From contig FLMG01000135.1 in the NCBI GenBank assembly GCA_900088475.1, positions 1 to 64,000 of the forward strand: a stretch of DNA of 64,000 bases. Direction: 5' to 3'. Positions 40,201-52,700 of this stretch are shown in pieces. The first letter of the stretch is position 1, and every line of letters begins with the position of its first letter. A program made the position numbers and the translations under genes. Below the pieces are notes generated by a model, which was given only the letters and a program-made list of their open reading frames with translations, was not told the origin of the DNA and searched no databases. The DNA comes from Hyphochytrium catenoides (Eukaryota; Protista; Hyphochytriomycota).

Positions 40201-43200
40201 AGGTAAGGACTACAGACCATATTATCTTCTCCACCTACTCGCCTCTTCTTCTCCCCTAGTGAATGGTGTTTAAGGTTGTTTGCGCTTCAACGGAGTGTAT
40301 GAAATAATGTTGGTCTTGGTTGCATCTGCTACAAGTTGTTACTTGAACTTTTGGTCTGAGCTTTTCTCCGTTAGCCATCTCCATCAACCTGAAGTGACCT
40401 CCACCCTAACTCTTTACTGTGTAGGAGAACCGAGGCGGAGTGTTCCGCTATTCTGACTTCCGCTTCTTTAATCTCTCGATTGAATGCCTGGAATCAGAAG
40501 CGATTGGATGAGTATGACTTCAGCATGCGTCTAGATGCTTTCCAAGAGCTGAATCGTAGTGACTTTTCAGACCTTTCCATCTCGTACGACGCTCTTTTGC
40601 CTCTCTGCTACCAATACTTATCTTCAATGCATGACGAGGAACTTGTCATCAGAGCGGCAGCCACGGAAGGTGTCCAGCGGATGATAGAGATTATGGCTGA
40701 TAATGTCAGACAAACGTCAGAGGACGCATCAGCTGTTGGCAAAGATAAAGGCTTCAATCTCGCGTTGCTTACGTCTGTCGTCGTCCCGGCCATGCGGATA
40801 AGCATGAAGGCGACGAATCAGGCAGTAAGGAAGGGCTTCGTCCTTCTCTTTGCCAAGCTAGCCTCTTGCTTCAGGGGTACACCTTGTCCCTCACCACTTC
40901 TCCACACGGATCTTATTCTTCTGAATACGAACCTCCAGTCGTGGGAGGAAGAGAAGGATCCCGAGCAGGACTTTTTTTCCAACATCACTCACATTCAGGT
41001 ACATAGGAGAGCGAGGGCTATGGCAAAGCTCAGAAAGGTGCTGAAATGGAAAGGGGAAATGGGAAACCAGGAAGGACCAAGAAGCGAAGCTAGTAATAGT
41101 GCTTGCACAGCTCTAGGTACTGCCTCTCTGGTACACTTTATCCTCCCTCTCCTACTGCATTCCCTGTATGAGAGTGAAAAGGTAGTGGAGAGGCAGGCAC
41201 AAGAAGAAGCGGCTGATGCTCTGGGAGCGCTGGCAGTTCGTTTACCCTGGTCCCATTACCATGGCATCTTAAGGAACATTCTGCGTCAAATTCCTCGGAA
41301 ACCTAACATCCAGAAGGCACTCGTTAGGGCGGTCTGCGCTATCATGGACGGTTTTCATTTTTCCGTCACAACTGCGGAGGAGCTAGAGGCAGTCAAGGAT
41401 GATGCCAGCCAGGAGCAGGAAGAGGAGCATGACGACGAAGGAGACATGGACGAATTAGACGATGAAGCTGCAAAGGAAGAGATTACTGGGCCCTCGCCAT
41501 TGAGGCCCGAACTCAATCGTATTGGTACGGTTTTGTATGGCAAGCTCATCCCGGAAATGTGGCGATACCTAGTGCACGACGAGGAGAGAAAGATAGCAGC
41601 AGGAACGGAAAGACAGGAGGGAGAGGGTGTCGTTCGGGCACCTGTGGCCCTTGCTTTGCTTAAGGTGATGAGACGCCTTCCAGAGCACCTCTTTGTGCAC
41701 GGCTTACTACCCAAGCTACTCATTCTGGTGACGGGAATGCTTCGGAGGTTTGTTCACGCTCTTGCGTTCCTTGCGTTTACCAAATGGCATGCCTATTCCA
41801 TTTTCCTGTGTTACTTGGTCCGCCCCTTCCCCCTGCCAGCGTCCCCGCTGCTCTTCTATTCCCATCCTTGTCAACGCCTTATTATCGCTCGATCTGTAGC
41901 GTTGAATTTCCCCACTTGCGCAAATGCATGGCTGCTTAGCTTTTCATCTGCGAGTGGCCCTAACAAAGCAAGTTTCTTTAGCTTCCTCTTTTCCTTTAAC
42001 CACGACTCAAATCGAAAGTTACTCAGGTTGCTACTCAAATTTCCCTCCTGTCTGTCTCTTCTTAAATAACAGCAAGAAGGAATCTATACGGGACGCAGCC
42101 AGGCAAACTCTTGTTCAGATGGCCGTGGAGCTCGGGCCTTCGTATCTCACTCTCATATTGGAACAACTGCAGAACCAGCTCACCTCCGGCTACATGAAGC
42201 ATGTCTTGGGATACACCGTACATTCCCTCTTGGTTGCTTTGCAAGAAGCCTACCAGCCCGAGAAGCCCCCACGGTTGGAGTCTGCCGGTGAGAAAGAGAT
42301 ATGGAAAGGAGGAAAAGCCGATCTCTTCTTCCACTCGGCTTCATATCCCTCACTCAGCTAGTATTACATGAGCTTAGTCGTGCCTTGAGACTACCTAAAT
42401 AGCAGCTCACCTTTGGCACTGCATTGCCACTCTGCCTGACTGTCACAGGCGAGTCTCTGGCACCTCCACGCAGTCCTGAGAACTTAATTAAAGTTCGGGC
42501 CTCGCTTACTGGCAGCTTGGACCTCCTCCTCCCTATTCTTTTGGAAGACATTTTCGGGGATACCGGCAAGCAGAAAGACAAGGAAAGCAGTGGCTACAAG
42601 TCTAAGATGAAGGAGGCGAAGGTACGTCTCGTCTTCTGTTCTTTATCCAAAGCCCCGTAGGTCTCCGGTTCACTTTACTTTTGAAGGGCAAAATGTTTCA
42701 AACATTGCTAGGAACAACCTGTCCTTTCTTTGTCCTTCTGCAGCAAGCCATTGTGGGTCCTGACTCGATCTCCATGTCTTTTAGCTTGCATCCTACCCTT
42801 TTCATTGCTCAGGCACCTCCAATCCTCCATCCTAACGTTTTCCTCTTTTTTACCATCATAGGCATGCAAATCCGTGGACTCGTTCGAGATCCTTGCTCGA
42901 AGGATCGACTTCCTTCCTTCTTCCGCGCTGCACACTCTGCTGGACCCAATCATTGATATCTTGGATACGTCTGAGGACTCCTCAAAACTAGCAAAATGTG
43001 ACGAGATTCTTAGAAGATTAGCCTTAGGGCTCTCTCAGAACGCCAGTGTGGAGAGTAGCTACATGTTGCTCTTTGTCTATGAGGTCATGAGGAGCTGCTC
43101 CCCAGGAGGTGCAAAAAGTGGCTCCAATAGCTCAGAAGGGGAAGCCGCTTTAGTGCTTGGAGAGGATCAGGTTGAAGAGAGAGAGAAGGGAGTGAGTACA

Positions 43201-46020
43201 GCTCCTTGGCTGGTCAAGGCTGCGCCGTCTGAAGGCATCGGTCGAAGGACGAATGCAGCTACGACCTTCAAGATCCTTCCTGATACGAAGTATACAGGCG
43301 TCGACAGGCACAACAAGAGGAGAAAGATAGCTTCCGAAGCGAATAAGAGCTTTCTGCTTGCATTCTCTCTTCGACTGTTCTGCTCACATCTTAAAGCAGT
43401 AGCTTCTGAAAGAAAAAAAGGACAGGAGAGGGAACAAGAGCTTCTCGCGATGATAGACCCTTTCCTTCCGTCGGTGACACGTTGCCTCCTTAAGAGTAAG
43501 GACAACAAGGTCTTATCGTTAGGCCTGAAGGCCATCAATCTACTGCTGGGCGACTGGCAACTCCCCTCTCTTGCGCGAGTTCTCTCTCCTCTCCAAGAGG
43601 CGATTTTTAAGTGGCTGCATAGGTTCTCAGGTAGAGTGCTGGATATGATACATACTCTTGGTTTGGAACCCGTCACATGAAGAGGCCACTAACGCTCCTT
43701 CTTTGGTCTTCTTGTAAAGGGTCGCGTACGCGCACAGAAGTGCTGCAGAGCTGCTTCACAACTTTGAACTTGCTTCTTCGGAAGGTGGAAAACAGCAAGC
43801 TCACAGATCAGCAACTCAAGGTCATCTTCATGCTTCTCTGCACCACTTCAGGGCCTTGTTTCTCACCACAGATGTTCCCATATTGTGTCCCAAAAGGTCC
43901 TTCTGGCCCTGCTTCGACAAGACCTAGAGGAGCTGGAGAATCAAAACGCGACGTTTGCCCTCATTAAGACATTAATTCAACGCAAGGTTATGTCAGGTAG
44001 GTCAGAAGGCTGTCACTTCGGAGGCGGATGAGAGAACAACGGATATTGCCCTTTACTGGCTGTAGAAAGGAAAGAGAGCTGTATTGAGCAGGAGTCTTCT
44101 CAGGAACTAACGATCGGAATGTAATGCTAGCTGGCCTATACGATCTGGTCGACCGGGTTGCGGAGCTACTAGTACAGAGTCAGCTCAAAAACGTTCGCCA
44201 ACTCTGCAGTCAGATCTTTGTTCAGTTTCTCCTCGAGTATCCGCTTGGGACCAAGAGACTGCAGGTCAGATGAAGTCTTTGTGTCGGGCTAGTGTACGCC
44301 TGTTCACGCCAACTGCTTCACACCTTACCCTGTTGTTCTCATTTGTGATATTACTTGGCTCTATGGTGACTTTGTGCAGTCCACTTCTCTGAGGGTCGTG
44401 CTCTATCTTCCCAACAGGAGCACCTAAAGCGCCACCTGATCAGTAACTTGGAATACGTCTATGAAAGCGGTCGCCTCTCTGTCTTGGAAACTATACGATC
44501 ACTACTGTCGAGGTTACCCGTTCCCCTTCTAGATGAGTATGCGCAGTTCTTCTTCCTTCCTTTAGTGCTACGATTAGTAAACGATGAGAGCAAGGATTGC
44601 AAAGCGGAAGCAGCTGCGACTGTAGCAGTTCTGTTCCGCAGAATCTCAATCCAGAATATCCAGACCTCGTTGCGCTTCGCGTTGCAATGGCTAGGGAATA
44701 AGGTGAGATCCCACACAACATCCTGTCTGAGGATAGGAGTTGGCCAGAGACGTTTGCTCGTCATAGTTACGACATTGATTACTGCTCCGTGCATGCCACT
44801 CTTATGCATGCTCCTAAACACCTTGCACAATACCATCATAACCTAACTGTAACCTTGTTGTACCCTAGTCTTCGTCGGCGTCCTCGTCTCAAGAGCGGCT
44901 TCTGAAGAGGGGAGCGGCTCAGGTGCTAGGTTTTGCTCTAGAGAGCCGCCCCGAGCTATTCAAGCAGAACAAGGAGACGTTACTGGAGTCATCCCTTTCA
45001 TCCCTCGCTCTGTTGCTGGGCGATGCTGACGGAGACAATGATGAGCTTGATAGCGCGTTTCCTTCATGGGACGTGATCTACCACGCCCTAATTGCCATTG
45101 AAAAAGCGTTAATGTCGATCCCTGGCACGGTTGAGACCCTCTTGGCCGAGAAGCTAGGGGATGGAGGGGTTGGTTTGGTATTGCCTGGAATCGCTCTTTG
45201 CCTCTCTCATCATCATCTTTGGGTCCAGACAGCAGCTGCCCGGTGTCTAGGGGTGTACTTCTCCCACCGTTCACCAGAACGACTCTATTTCTCTGCCTCT
45301 CCCGCTGCCAAAGACATTGAGAAAAGCAGCCGTGAATACCTGTGTCAGGCGGGCTCCCTCCTTTCTCTTTGTAAGCTAACTTGCAGTCAGCTCGAAAGTC
45401 AAGTCTTAGATGCGAAGCTTGCGGATCAAGTCGTCAAGAACCTTTTCTTCCTCGCCTCAGCCTTGCTGAAGAGGGAGGAGTACGAGAAGCTTCGCTGGAA
45501 AGATTCGGATTACAGACATTGGAAGGCGAGGGACGTGATAGATGAACCCGAAGCAGAAGCAGACCCACTATCCTGGCTCTACTGGCGGCTTTCGTCTCTC
45601 TCTCGCAAAAAAGGCGATTTGAGGCGCCAGGCTGTCTACAAATTCTTTGCCGCTATGGCAGCTCAGCATCCCACTGTAGCTTGTGAGTACCTTGACTTCT
45701 CAATCACTGCACTCGTCACAGGGCAGACGGATGGACAAGAAGAACAAGAAGAGACGAAGACTTTAGGGCAGGAAGTACTGTCACTGCTCGAGGAGAAAGC
45801 TGGAGCGACCACCTTTTCCGCTGCGTACGCATGGGTGCAAGAGAACAGGAGAGCCAAGAAGGAAGACAGAAAAAGAGCCCTTGCATTGGAAGCCGTAGTG
45901 GATCCAGCCAAAGCAGCAAAGAGAAAGATAGCACGTAATATGGCCAAGAGGAAGAGCCAGAAAAGGAAAATTGTGGAAGCGCAAGCAGGAAGGATGGGCA
46001 AAAAACGACGGCAGGGTTGA
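34282..46020 (+). CDS. UTP20: U3 snoRNP / SSU processome component UTP20 (HEAT-repeat, DRIM domain)
   Basis: NRFKFAKLSDRLAGIDV, FVRQFAAETFAFLLRK, LHVKFSPLW, RLDEYDFSMRLDAF, DFFSNITHIQVHRRARAM, GYMKHVLGYTVH, LEYPLG..LQEHL..LISNLEYVYESGRLSVLE, C-terminal DPAKAAKRKI. Confidence 0.95.
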
Positions 46021-46205
46021 TTCGCCTAGCTCAAGCCTTATAGAGCTCTGTATCTAGGGTGAGTGGCAGAGAGAAGGACTACGTTATTTATTTCTTAACA
46101 GGGTAGAGCAGTTGCCTTCGTCCTCGACCACCGCTTGTATCCTTCCTCTCCTCAAATTAATGACAGTGATAGTCACCAAGGGATCTTACACGTGTATCCA
46201 TTGGT

Positions 46206-47848
46206 TTACATGGCAGCAAAGTTTCCTCCTGCCTGCGGATCCTCCTCGTCATCGTCCTCCTCTTCCTCTGCGGCATTTTTCCTTCTGATGGCAATCACTA
46301 CGCCGACGATGAGGAGGGTCAGAAACGCTACTCCTCCGACAATGATACCTATCAAGGCTCCAGTCCCTAGGGCGCTTCCACTCTCTTCATTGCTACCAGT
46401 CGGTTTGATCGCGTTATTATTGTTTACAGAGCCGCCATTGTTAGATGATGTCGGTGTTCCAGGACTCTGAGGGTTCTTGCTGGCGGTCGGTCCAAACGGG
46501 TTCGACGTCGTTGGGGTAGACGTTGTACATTGCCCATTGGCTCCGACTGTGCAGCTGTTAGCGCACCATGGGTAGAGAGGATACTCCGCAGGACCCCCTG
46601 TGTAGCTCTTTGTAACACCTCCGGACGAGTAAGAAACGCACTGGCAACTGGCATCTCCTCCAGAGCTGGGAGGGACACAGACCCCGTGAATAACCTTAGT
46701 ATTATCCTCCGGATTTGAGCAGTAGAGAAGAGAGGCCTGTGCTACATCAGGGTACTGGCAGTTTCTGGACACAGAGCACACCTGCCGGGAAAAAACAAAA
46801 GTGTTGGATGGGTTAGGCTTGGCGAAGGTGAACTAGATGAAAAAGAAGAGAGAGGGGAAAGCCGCCAGTGAATGACACTTTGGATTATGGGTGGACGGTG
46901 GTGAAGGACTTGCTATTGAGAGCGATTTCAGAAGAGCTTTCTCCAACTGAGTGAAGAGTGGAGAAAGAACCAAAAGTGGAGTAAAGAGAGAAGGTCGCCT
47001 CCAGGAGGACTGACTAAATCCCAAAATCCCTGGGTTGGTGTCACTTACTGGGAGTCCACGGGTCTGCCCATTGACTGGATAAGAGTACCCGTTGGAACAC
47101 GCGCCATTCTTAGGCGGCTCAAAGACAAAGACACATTGATAAACAGGAGAGGTCACCCCGTTCTGAGTTACATTGCCCACAGTGCACTGCGGAGTTGTGA
47201 TCTGAGATCCGGGGAAGGGGACAGGGGACAGAACGGCCATCCCGAACGTCGGATCATAATAGAATGGTGGGCACTTCAAGAAAGAAGCATCGACGCCATT
47301 GTACGTTCCTGAGCAGACTGTTGTCTGACTGGCAGCCACACAGCCGAGAATAGGACCCTAGAGAACATAACAGGTTATTTCAGCTTCACTCCTATGCAAG
47401 GTCCTCACTGGCCTTAAGCCAATCTGTTCTCCGTGTAAGAGATGGCCACTGAACTTTCCCTCTTCTGCTGCCTCCTGTGCTAACCCTACTCTTCCCCTAG
47501 AAAAGACTCTAACTCTGGACACTTCCTTCTTCCAACTGTGGAGAGAGTGCTAATAGTAGTGACCTCAACCGCTTACCTGCTGAAAGGCGCAGTGCTGCCC
47601 TTCTGCCACAGTGTTGTTCTCATAGTCCTTGCACGTGGGGGTAACGGACACACAGAACTGGCCAGACCCACAAGGTACGTCTACGCTGCCGTCTGGCTTG
47701 ACTTGGGTACACAAACGAGGGCTAAAGTCAGGGAGCATGTTAGTGGCTGTGGTATCAGGATGTAGGAGCAAACAATAACCTACGTGGACTGTGCCACTGC
47801 GCTCCCAAAGAGCGCAGAGAGAGCAAAGATGGAGGCTGAGAGTCTCAT
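46206..47848 (-). CDS. Cysteine-rich type I membrane protein of unrecognised family
   Basis: Spliced signal peptide MRLSASIFALSALFGSAVA, three Cys-rich exons, Thr/Ser/Pro/Asn stalk, TM helix LIGIIVGGVAFLTLLIVGVVIAI followed by RRK, and a short acidic tail. Confidence 0.8.
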
Positions 47849-48220
47849 CTTGATACTTGCGACCAGAATCTTCGGATCTCAACTAATGATAGGACGAGAG
47901 ACAAAAGCTGCAAGAGGAAAGGCCACTGAAGCTCTGGAGCTCTGACCGCCGGCGATTGGATTGCTTCCTTGGGGTAAGAGCAATATCAAGGACAAAAGAG
48001 AGGGAAGCCTAGTGAAGCTGAGAACCGTCCTGCGCTGGGAACTGTTACTTGTACTCGTAGTGCTTGTACAATCGTACTCTATGACCCTGGGCTATTTGGC
48101 TTGGTGAGGTCGATAGTTGATAAGTTTGATCGGTGGAGTGTCTGGACAGATGCGATTCCTCACTTTTCCACTGCTCCTGGTCCTAGGAAAGCTACCTCTA
48201 CTTGCTCGCCGGTACTCCTA

Positions 48221-48400
48221 CCTCTTTCTCTTTTCACCTCTCTCTGCTCTTCTTCTCTTCTTACCCGCTCTTTTTTGGGTCTTCCTCCCGACTCTGTCTC
48301 CTCTTCCAGTTGGCCTGCAACGCCTCTTTGCATCTTCTCTCTTCCTCCCATACTCCCCACCTTCTCCTCCTCCTTTTCTCTCTCTCTCTCTCTCTCTCAT
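48221..48400 (+). repeat. CT-rich low-complexity tract ending in (CT)n
   Basis: Strongly pyrimidine-biased plus strand, upstream of the minus-strand membrane-protein gene. Confidence 0.85.
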
Positions 48401-49099
48401 TCAGTCCTTTCTTTGCCTGACTGGACTCTATGACTCTTTACACAGCCACGACTGTTGAAAGGCAAGACCCTGCTGTCTGGCCGCCTGGCTCCCGGCCCCT
48501 GATGTCCTTGGTCCTGGGTCTGTCTCTGCCTGGTCTGCTCGGGCGGCACGGCACGGCCATCGCGTCGGTTCGTGGGCGAAGTGAAGAACGAACAATCTCC
48601 AGCGCCCACCCACCCCGCGCCCCCTTCTCTTCGATGTCAAGCGGTATAGACAAAACTAGAGCGACCCCTTCTTTGAGGCGGACTCTGTGAGAAGGCGGGT
48701 GGAGCCTCTACCCTGACCCAGCTCCTGCTTCGAGATCCCACACACCCACCCACTCCACTGTTAGATAGCCGCACCCACCCCAGCGGGTTCAGTATGTGAA
48801 GATTAGATAACCATTGGCTGGAGACTTATGATTATCTCAGATATAGATCTTGAAGCTATCAGTTTTCTCGTGAGAGATCTTTTTTGTTTGTGTCTGCATC
48901 TCAACAGCTCAACAGCTCCGAGCTCCCTAGAATTCCACGATGAGACGGCGTGAAGGTTGCGCTATAACTCCTTTACTGAGACCTTAGAAGTTCTCTTCGG
49001 CACTTTTCATAAGCAATTTTACTCGCCAGTGTCTGCAAGGGCTTGACAGTCGTATATTGAAGCTTGTTGCGCGCAGAAGCCATCGAACTCTAGTTGACC

Positions 49100-49679
49100 A
49101 TGGTAACCTTGATCTGAGGACCCTCCTTCATAACGGTTGAACAGTTACTTACATGGTTCTTACATGATCTACGTAGGAGGATATGATGCAGATGCCCGTG
49201 CTGAGACAAGCTCATGATACGTTTAGGCTTGGCATTAGACCACTAAAAGAAGAGCTCAAAGAAGGTCATCCCGTACAGAAGCTAGAACTAAAAGTACGTC
49301 AAATGAAGACTATGACATATGAATACTTCCCTCACCTAAGCCCCCAGGCCGCTAAGAGTAGCTGGGTGAACAAAATGGCCACTGTGGAGAGGATCTATGG
49401 GAAGGGTTTGTCAATGAGGCTTCAAGCGGAGAAGGACGTTATGCAGAGCATTCAGCGCTTCCATGGTCTGCCTAGCTCACGCGTAGCTTTGGAAACCGTG
49501 ATGGGGACAGATGTCGACATCGGGGTGCAGGATGTCTTGAATGGTAAGAGCACAAACAATGTAGGAAATACCAGGTCCATGAGTCAAGCTCATCATCCTT
49601 CTTTGCAGATCCTTATGAGAATCCTGAGGTCACATTCCATCTACACGAAGCGATGGAGATCAAATATGGATTGCTCTAG
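49100..49679 (+). CDS. UMP1: Proteasome maturation factor UMP1/POMP
   Basis: ATG micro-exon, then HDTFRLG..HPVQ..ERIYGKGLSMRLQAE..RFHGLPSSRVALETVMGTDVDIGVQDVLN-DP..HEAMEIKYGL. Confidence 0.9.
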
Positions 49680-49796
49680 TGCTCAGGGACCTTGCTGCTG
49701 TCAAATTCTGTTCTTTATATCTACAAAATAGCAGAGAGGCAATGCAATCTGCTGGAAATAGCTCAATGAACTAGCCATGACTATCCTATCTACTAC

Positions 49797-52700
49797 CTAT
49801 CGCGTTAGTTTGCTGCTCCCTCGAAAGGTTGAGTCTCTAGACTTGCCCTTCGAATGTATACGCCGCGTAATCTCGGTAAGCAAGATGTCTCGCTGCTCCG
49901 CGGAAATGACGTTGTTCATTTCCGCCCAATCTAGTACCTGGGTGACCTCGGAAGCCACTTCTCCTCTTTCTTCTACCGTTCGATAAAGCATCATAGCCTG
50001 CGCCAGCAACCCAGCATGAGTCAGATGTGCGGAATGAGGGCAGACGAGCTAGCGCCGAGAAGCATCTGTAACCCTAGAAAGCACCTTGTCCGAAGTGCTG
50101 GGACGTTAGACTGAAGAGTTTTACTTAAGAAAGCTTCCTAGCTACACTCCGTACCTGGCTAAAGAAGCTGATATCCACCTGGCAGGGGTCCTGCATCCAA
50201 GGCTCACCATCAACTTGCATGGCGATAGTCCTCCTTTTCGTCTTAATCTTTATAGCGCGGCACTGGCACAGTCGTACAGCTCGATTCAAGCCGATCTGTT
50301 GTTTCACACCGTTAAGCTAGCTATGCAGCCCTTCTTGATTCACATTCAGAGCCACTATCCAATGCTCGCCCCAACTGACAGTAATATCCCCTTCACCCCT
50401 TCCTGCTGCCGCTTAGCCCACCTGTAGCTGTCCCAGATGGAAGGCACCATACACGGCGACCACCTCAAGGAGCCCGTCGTCATGCCTGCTGGATTGGAAT
50501 CCTTCGTCTTCCGAACTCCCATAGGCATTATAGTCCTAGAAAGTCAAGTGTTAGCTTTGTCTTCCCGGGTAATTATGTCTAGTCTCCCCTTGGGCATTAC
50601 TTCTATCTGTCTTAGATCTTAGACTGTCCTTTTCTCCCGTATTCCCAATAAGGTCTTACCACTTCATCGGTCTCACCGCCATCATACTCATGCGACCGAT
50701 ACTGCCATAGCTTTGCGCCACCGGCCTAAGAGAGAGAGAGAGAGAGAGAGATCGGTCAGCAGTAGTAACAGGAGGAAACTCTAACCAGGCAGGTTTAGGG
50801 CACGGCGGCATCATAGAAGTCGAGAAAACTACGAGGGCGAAAGGAGCTCTTGAAGTCGAACTTTAATGACGTAGCAAACATAACTATAACTTTTGACCCT
50901 TGTTGACCTACACGAGGCCTGGAAGGCATACTTGATAAAAGTAAAAAGTAAGAGACTGCCATGAAGACTATGCCAAATAAAGAACTTTGCTGTCGGAAGC
51001 TGAGACGAGACTATGGTCACTTACAAAGCTGTCGACGTTGCAAACGATGATCCCTTCTGCACCATCTGGGATTCTTATGGCCTTTCCATCACATACGAGG
51101 TCGACATCCTGTGCTAGGCCAGCAAAAGTATCTCTCTCCAAGAAGTTTTTCGTGCCGAACTGAAGCACAAGCGGTGGGTTTGAAAAGTTCATAAGGGATT
51201 GTTAGGGCTACATGTGCGACGACGAATGGATAGAATCCATCAAGGAATGGAGGTGCACACTTACCCTTGCATACCAGACCTTGTTGATAAATTGACTGAC
51301 GAAGAGGAAAGGCGATCTCCGTCGCATTTCGTGAAAATCATACGCTATCTGCGCATCTACCCCAACGCCTGTATGGTACGCAACGTAAAGAAGGGGTCTT
51401 AGTACTAAGACGAGAAGAAGGGAATGGAAAGAGAGTCCGAGAGATGAGGCAATGGCATGCTCACCAAAGTAGTTGTTCATGAAGAGATTGCGACTTTGTG
51501 CTTCAGATTCTGGACTTTTTATTCTGATCTGCCAGCGATCTAAAAAGCCAGCATGGGCTCTCGCGACCTCCCGAAGAACTTGTGGAACCCCCTAGGAAGA
51601 CAAGAAGTTTTTTCTTAGTCCCATGATATACTGTCCGTAAGGACCTGCCAGCAGTTATCGTAAAGTGAAAGCGAGATATTTATCTTGAGATGCCTTATCT
51701 CAGGAGCTCATGTCCCGGAACAGACTTAAGGGATGAGTTAGAATAAGAGGAAGACTGAGCGTCACTTTATAACAGGGAACAGGGAAGGATTGGAAGAATG
51801 GTTGTAGGGAATGGTAATTTGGCGTGCATAGATGGAGACGAGATCATATGAAGCGAAGCCTAAAAAGCGGGCGTTCCTTGTCACCTCAGACTTATATCCT
51901 CCTCCCCAGCCCAAGACACGTGCAAGGTCGTTTCCTGTCCCTAACGGCAGCAGGGCCACCGGTGGTTTTCTGTCACTCGCGACTTGCTCCAGGGCGGACA
52001 AAATCCAACCGACAGTGCCGTCGCCCCCGCAAACCAATATCCGAAGACGAGGGAACTGCAGGAAAAATCGAAGCGCCGGAATGGGTCCTCCATCTGCAAG
52101 ATCGATAACCTGTATCGTGACATACTGGTCAGCTAAAAGTTACGATGCTAAGCTAAAAGTTACTCTGAGAAGGACTGTCACTGCCTATCAGCACCTGTCT
52201 CGACGAGAGCGCATAACTGGACAGTCATCCGCCAAATAGCGAGCTAGCTTTTACCTGCAGGGGATTGAGCCAACTTCTGAACTCATCAAGTAATTCCTGG
52301 CCCTTTTGTCCCCCACTGGTGCTGTTGATAAGCACTAGCAAGGGCGAAAGGTCCTTCAAATCACCTCTGACTTCGTAGTCCTGGACTCCATAGATTGACG
52401 GCTTTGTTCCTTCCTGTTTCCTAGCGATAAGCTCCATTGTTTGTCCAACTTCACTTCTTCGTCGAGTCCTAGGGCTGAAGAGAAGAAGCCAGCTGTTAGT
52501 AGCCTGAAGAAGGTGAATGCAAGCATAGGAGCAGGTAAAGAGAGAGAAATGGAGTGGGAGCAATTGATGGCTGTAGCTTATAAAGAGATACTTGAAAGCA
52601 CCCAATTCAGGCACCTCAGTTGCAGCTTTTTTGCGGTGCCTGCTCCTCCCTCTGCAGTGCTAGGCATCTCTTGTTCATTCTTCTCTTCGGACGAAGAACT

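Noticed and set aside
34282-46020. Many antisense or alternate-frame ORFs over UTP20 and other genes, and stops ending exon ORFs
   Set aside because: They are shadow ORFs of coding exons. The stops fall inside GT-AG introns, so there is no evidence for extra genes or an alternative genetic code.
46137-46144. U12-type donor GTATCCTT (also at 30182 and 53448)
   Set aside because: These are downstream of a stop codon or on the non-coding strand, not at exon boundaries.
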